In this document: in pieces, positions 62,617-64,000 of the stretch
Position numbering within the stretch: position 1 is the first letter of the stretch
How the letters are laid out: every line of letters starts with the position of its first letter
Assembly (NCBI GenBank): GCA_965238175.1
Contig: CBDEGZ010000003.1
Span: forward strand, 2,976,001 to 3,040,000
DNA: 64,000 nucleotides
Origin: Gammaproteobacteria bacterium
GTDB lineage: Bacteria > Pseudomonadota > Gammaproteobacteria > CAJXQU01
Direction: 5' to 3'
Position numbers and translations under genes: made by a program
Notes under the pieces: model-generated
What the model was told of the DNA's origin: nothing
What the model saw: only the letters and a program-made list of their open reading frames with translations
Databases searched by the model: none

Positions 62617-63138
62617 TTGCTCTATCTCTTGAAAGACATGGTACAGATCTTTGTAGATAGATTAAATGTTGATTTTCTGGGATTGGTGGATAAAACTATA
62701 GGCATAGGTCAAGTGAGAATGTCTACACTTGCTATGGCGTTAGGATGGATTCCTTTAATCGAGCATGAAAGAATTAGTGGTCATGCATCCGCCGCAGATG
62801 AAATAAGCGAGGAATTTTTTAAATTAAACACCGATCAAATGTGGGAACTCTTTAGGATGCTGAAGTGGTCTAAGAGTGCCATACATGCATTAGCTAAGAT
62901 ACTAGATTTTCTGAAAAATAGATCTAATCGTTACCCTACTCTATCTCGTTCTGAGTTTAGTCAGAACACCAGAGCAGTTTCTATAATTGGTTCTGAGTAC
63001 AATTTAGGTGCTGCAAACTCTCCCCTATCATCGGCTAGCCCAAGTAGTTATGGCAGTCTTATTGGTCAGCTTTGCTCGGGCGTATATGGAGATGGGTATC
63101 TTCAATTCTCAACCACAATAGGGCAATTTACACATTAA
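62617..63138 (+). pseudogene. N-terminally truncated protein, possibly a lysozyme-like toxin C-terminal domain
   Basis: TTG start without RBS, in-frame stop at 62599; TIGIGQV and SEYNLG...YG resemble lysozyme/SLT-fold motifs. Confidence 0.4.
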
Positions 63139-63147
63139 GGCCACACA

Positions 63148-63441
63148 ATGAAAATTTTTACAATTATATATACAGCCTTGTTCGTTCTTATCGCTACCGC
63201 CGTACATACTCATAATAAATATTTTTGGGGTGGCAACCACTGGATTACTTTCAACACCAAGTATGAAAAATTATTGTTTTCTCTTATGGAAGCGGCGTTT
63301 ATTATTTCATTTATTCCATTGGGTATAATATTTTTTATTAGTATTTGGAAGAAAGAGTGGCTATCGCTTTTGCTTTCTGTAGTTTCGATACCGGTGGTAT
63401 ATGTTTCTTTTCTGATAGTTGCAGTTATAGTTGGCGACTAG
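63148..63441 (+). CDS. small membrane protein, immunity-like
   Basis: 97 aa, 3 TMs, starts 9 nt after the previous stop with AAGG RBS. Confidence 0.55.
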   Translation: MKIFTIIYTALFVLIATAVHTHNKYFWGGNHWITFNTKYEKLLFSLMEAAFIISFIPLGIIFFISIWKKEWLSLLLSVVSIPVVYVSFLIVAVIVGD

Positions 63442-63497
63442 CTTTTTGAAAATCCCACTTCTGCTTTTGCTCAGAATAGAACCCCTCAGAGTCAGGC

Positions 63498-63639
63498 TGA
63501 ACTACCCCCATAAAAACGGACAGGTTAATTAAGCCGCATTCATTAATTCAAACTCATGTGGAGATAAATAATCCAGTGTTTGATGAATACGTTGCCGATT
63601 ATAAAAGGTTTCTATGTAATCAAAAATAGCGATTTTAAC
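63498..63639 (-). mobile_element. IS3-family remnant (transposase C-terminus plus right inverted repeat)
   Basis: Minus strand reads [36 protein letters not shown] followed by ...CTGTCCGTTTTTATGGGGGTAGTTCA ending in CA. Confidence 0.85.
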
Positions 63640-63643
63640 GGAA

Positions 63644-63742
63644 CAGGGTCAGGCCTTACATTTCACATAGAATAGAAACATAGAAGCTGTAGAAAATTTC
63701 AGTTGTAAGGCCTGACCCTGGCTGATCTTTATAAGGCCTGAC
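63644..63742. repeat. 17-bp perfect inverted repeat plus partial third copy (REP-like)
   Basis: CAGGGTCAGGCCTTACA (63644-60) / TGTAAGGCCTGACCCTG (63704-20); TAAGGCCTGAC again at 63732-42. Confidence 0.8.
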
Positions 63743-63753
63743 GCTGACGTTTG

Positions 63754-64000
63754 TTACTTTTTATACCATCTCTTTACATAAAAATTAACATACCAATCGA
63801 ACAATTCCTGAATCCGTTCTTCCGAAAAGAAAGTATTATCGATATGACTAGCACCAGAATCATCTCCGACGACCATATCCTCTGGATGGAGATGCTCAGT
63901 TCCAATATAGCCAAGAAGCGCTGACATTCGGCTAGCAATAACCTCACAACATCTGGCAAATGCTTTCAATCTAAGAATGTCTGCTTTACCACCATCCGAC
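63754..64000 (-). CDS. hypothetical protein, 5' end outside window
   Basis: Frame open from the right edge (SDGGKADILRLKAFARCCEV...WYKK*). Confidence 0.55.
   Translation of the reverse strand, partial: SDGGKADILRLKAFARCCEVIASRMSALLGYIGTEHLHPEDMVVGDDSGASHIDNTFFSEERIQELFDWYVNFYVKRWYKK

Overview
Chromosomal window from an AT-rich gammaproteobacterium. Left (1-16.5 kb, minus strand): one contiguous housekeeping run, mutL-miaA-hfq-hflX-hflK-hflC-DUF2065-hisZ-purA, leading directly into ccmABCDEFGHI. A 312-bp highly structured MITE-like element sits upstream of hisZ. Next come a tripartite RND efflux operon, whose TolC carries an N-terminal periplasmic-binding-protein-like domain, and a complete IS110-family (IS1111-group) element. 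Its 3' non-coding region reads as a bridge/seek RNA whose guide segments match this element's own target and donor junctions. The middle (24.8-49 kb) is a surface-glycan/secretion locus: YfhO-type protein, glycosyltransferases, sulfotransferase, an Xps-like type II secretion operon lacking gspG/H/D, a free-standing subtilase-propeptide-like gene, an SGNH protein, an S8 protease with FG-GAP repeats, and nucleotide-sugar genes. The right part has an MCP, an MscS/MscK channel, the alpha-2-macroglobulin-pbpC pair and a decayed mosaic of orphan toxin/immunity-like ORFs, an IS3 remnant and REP-like inverted repeats. All calls come from reading motifs by eye; no database searches were run.
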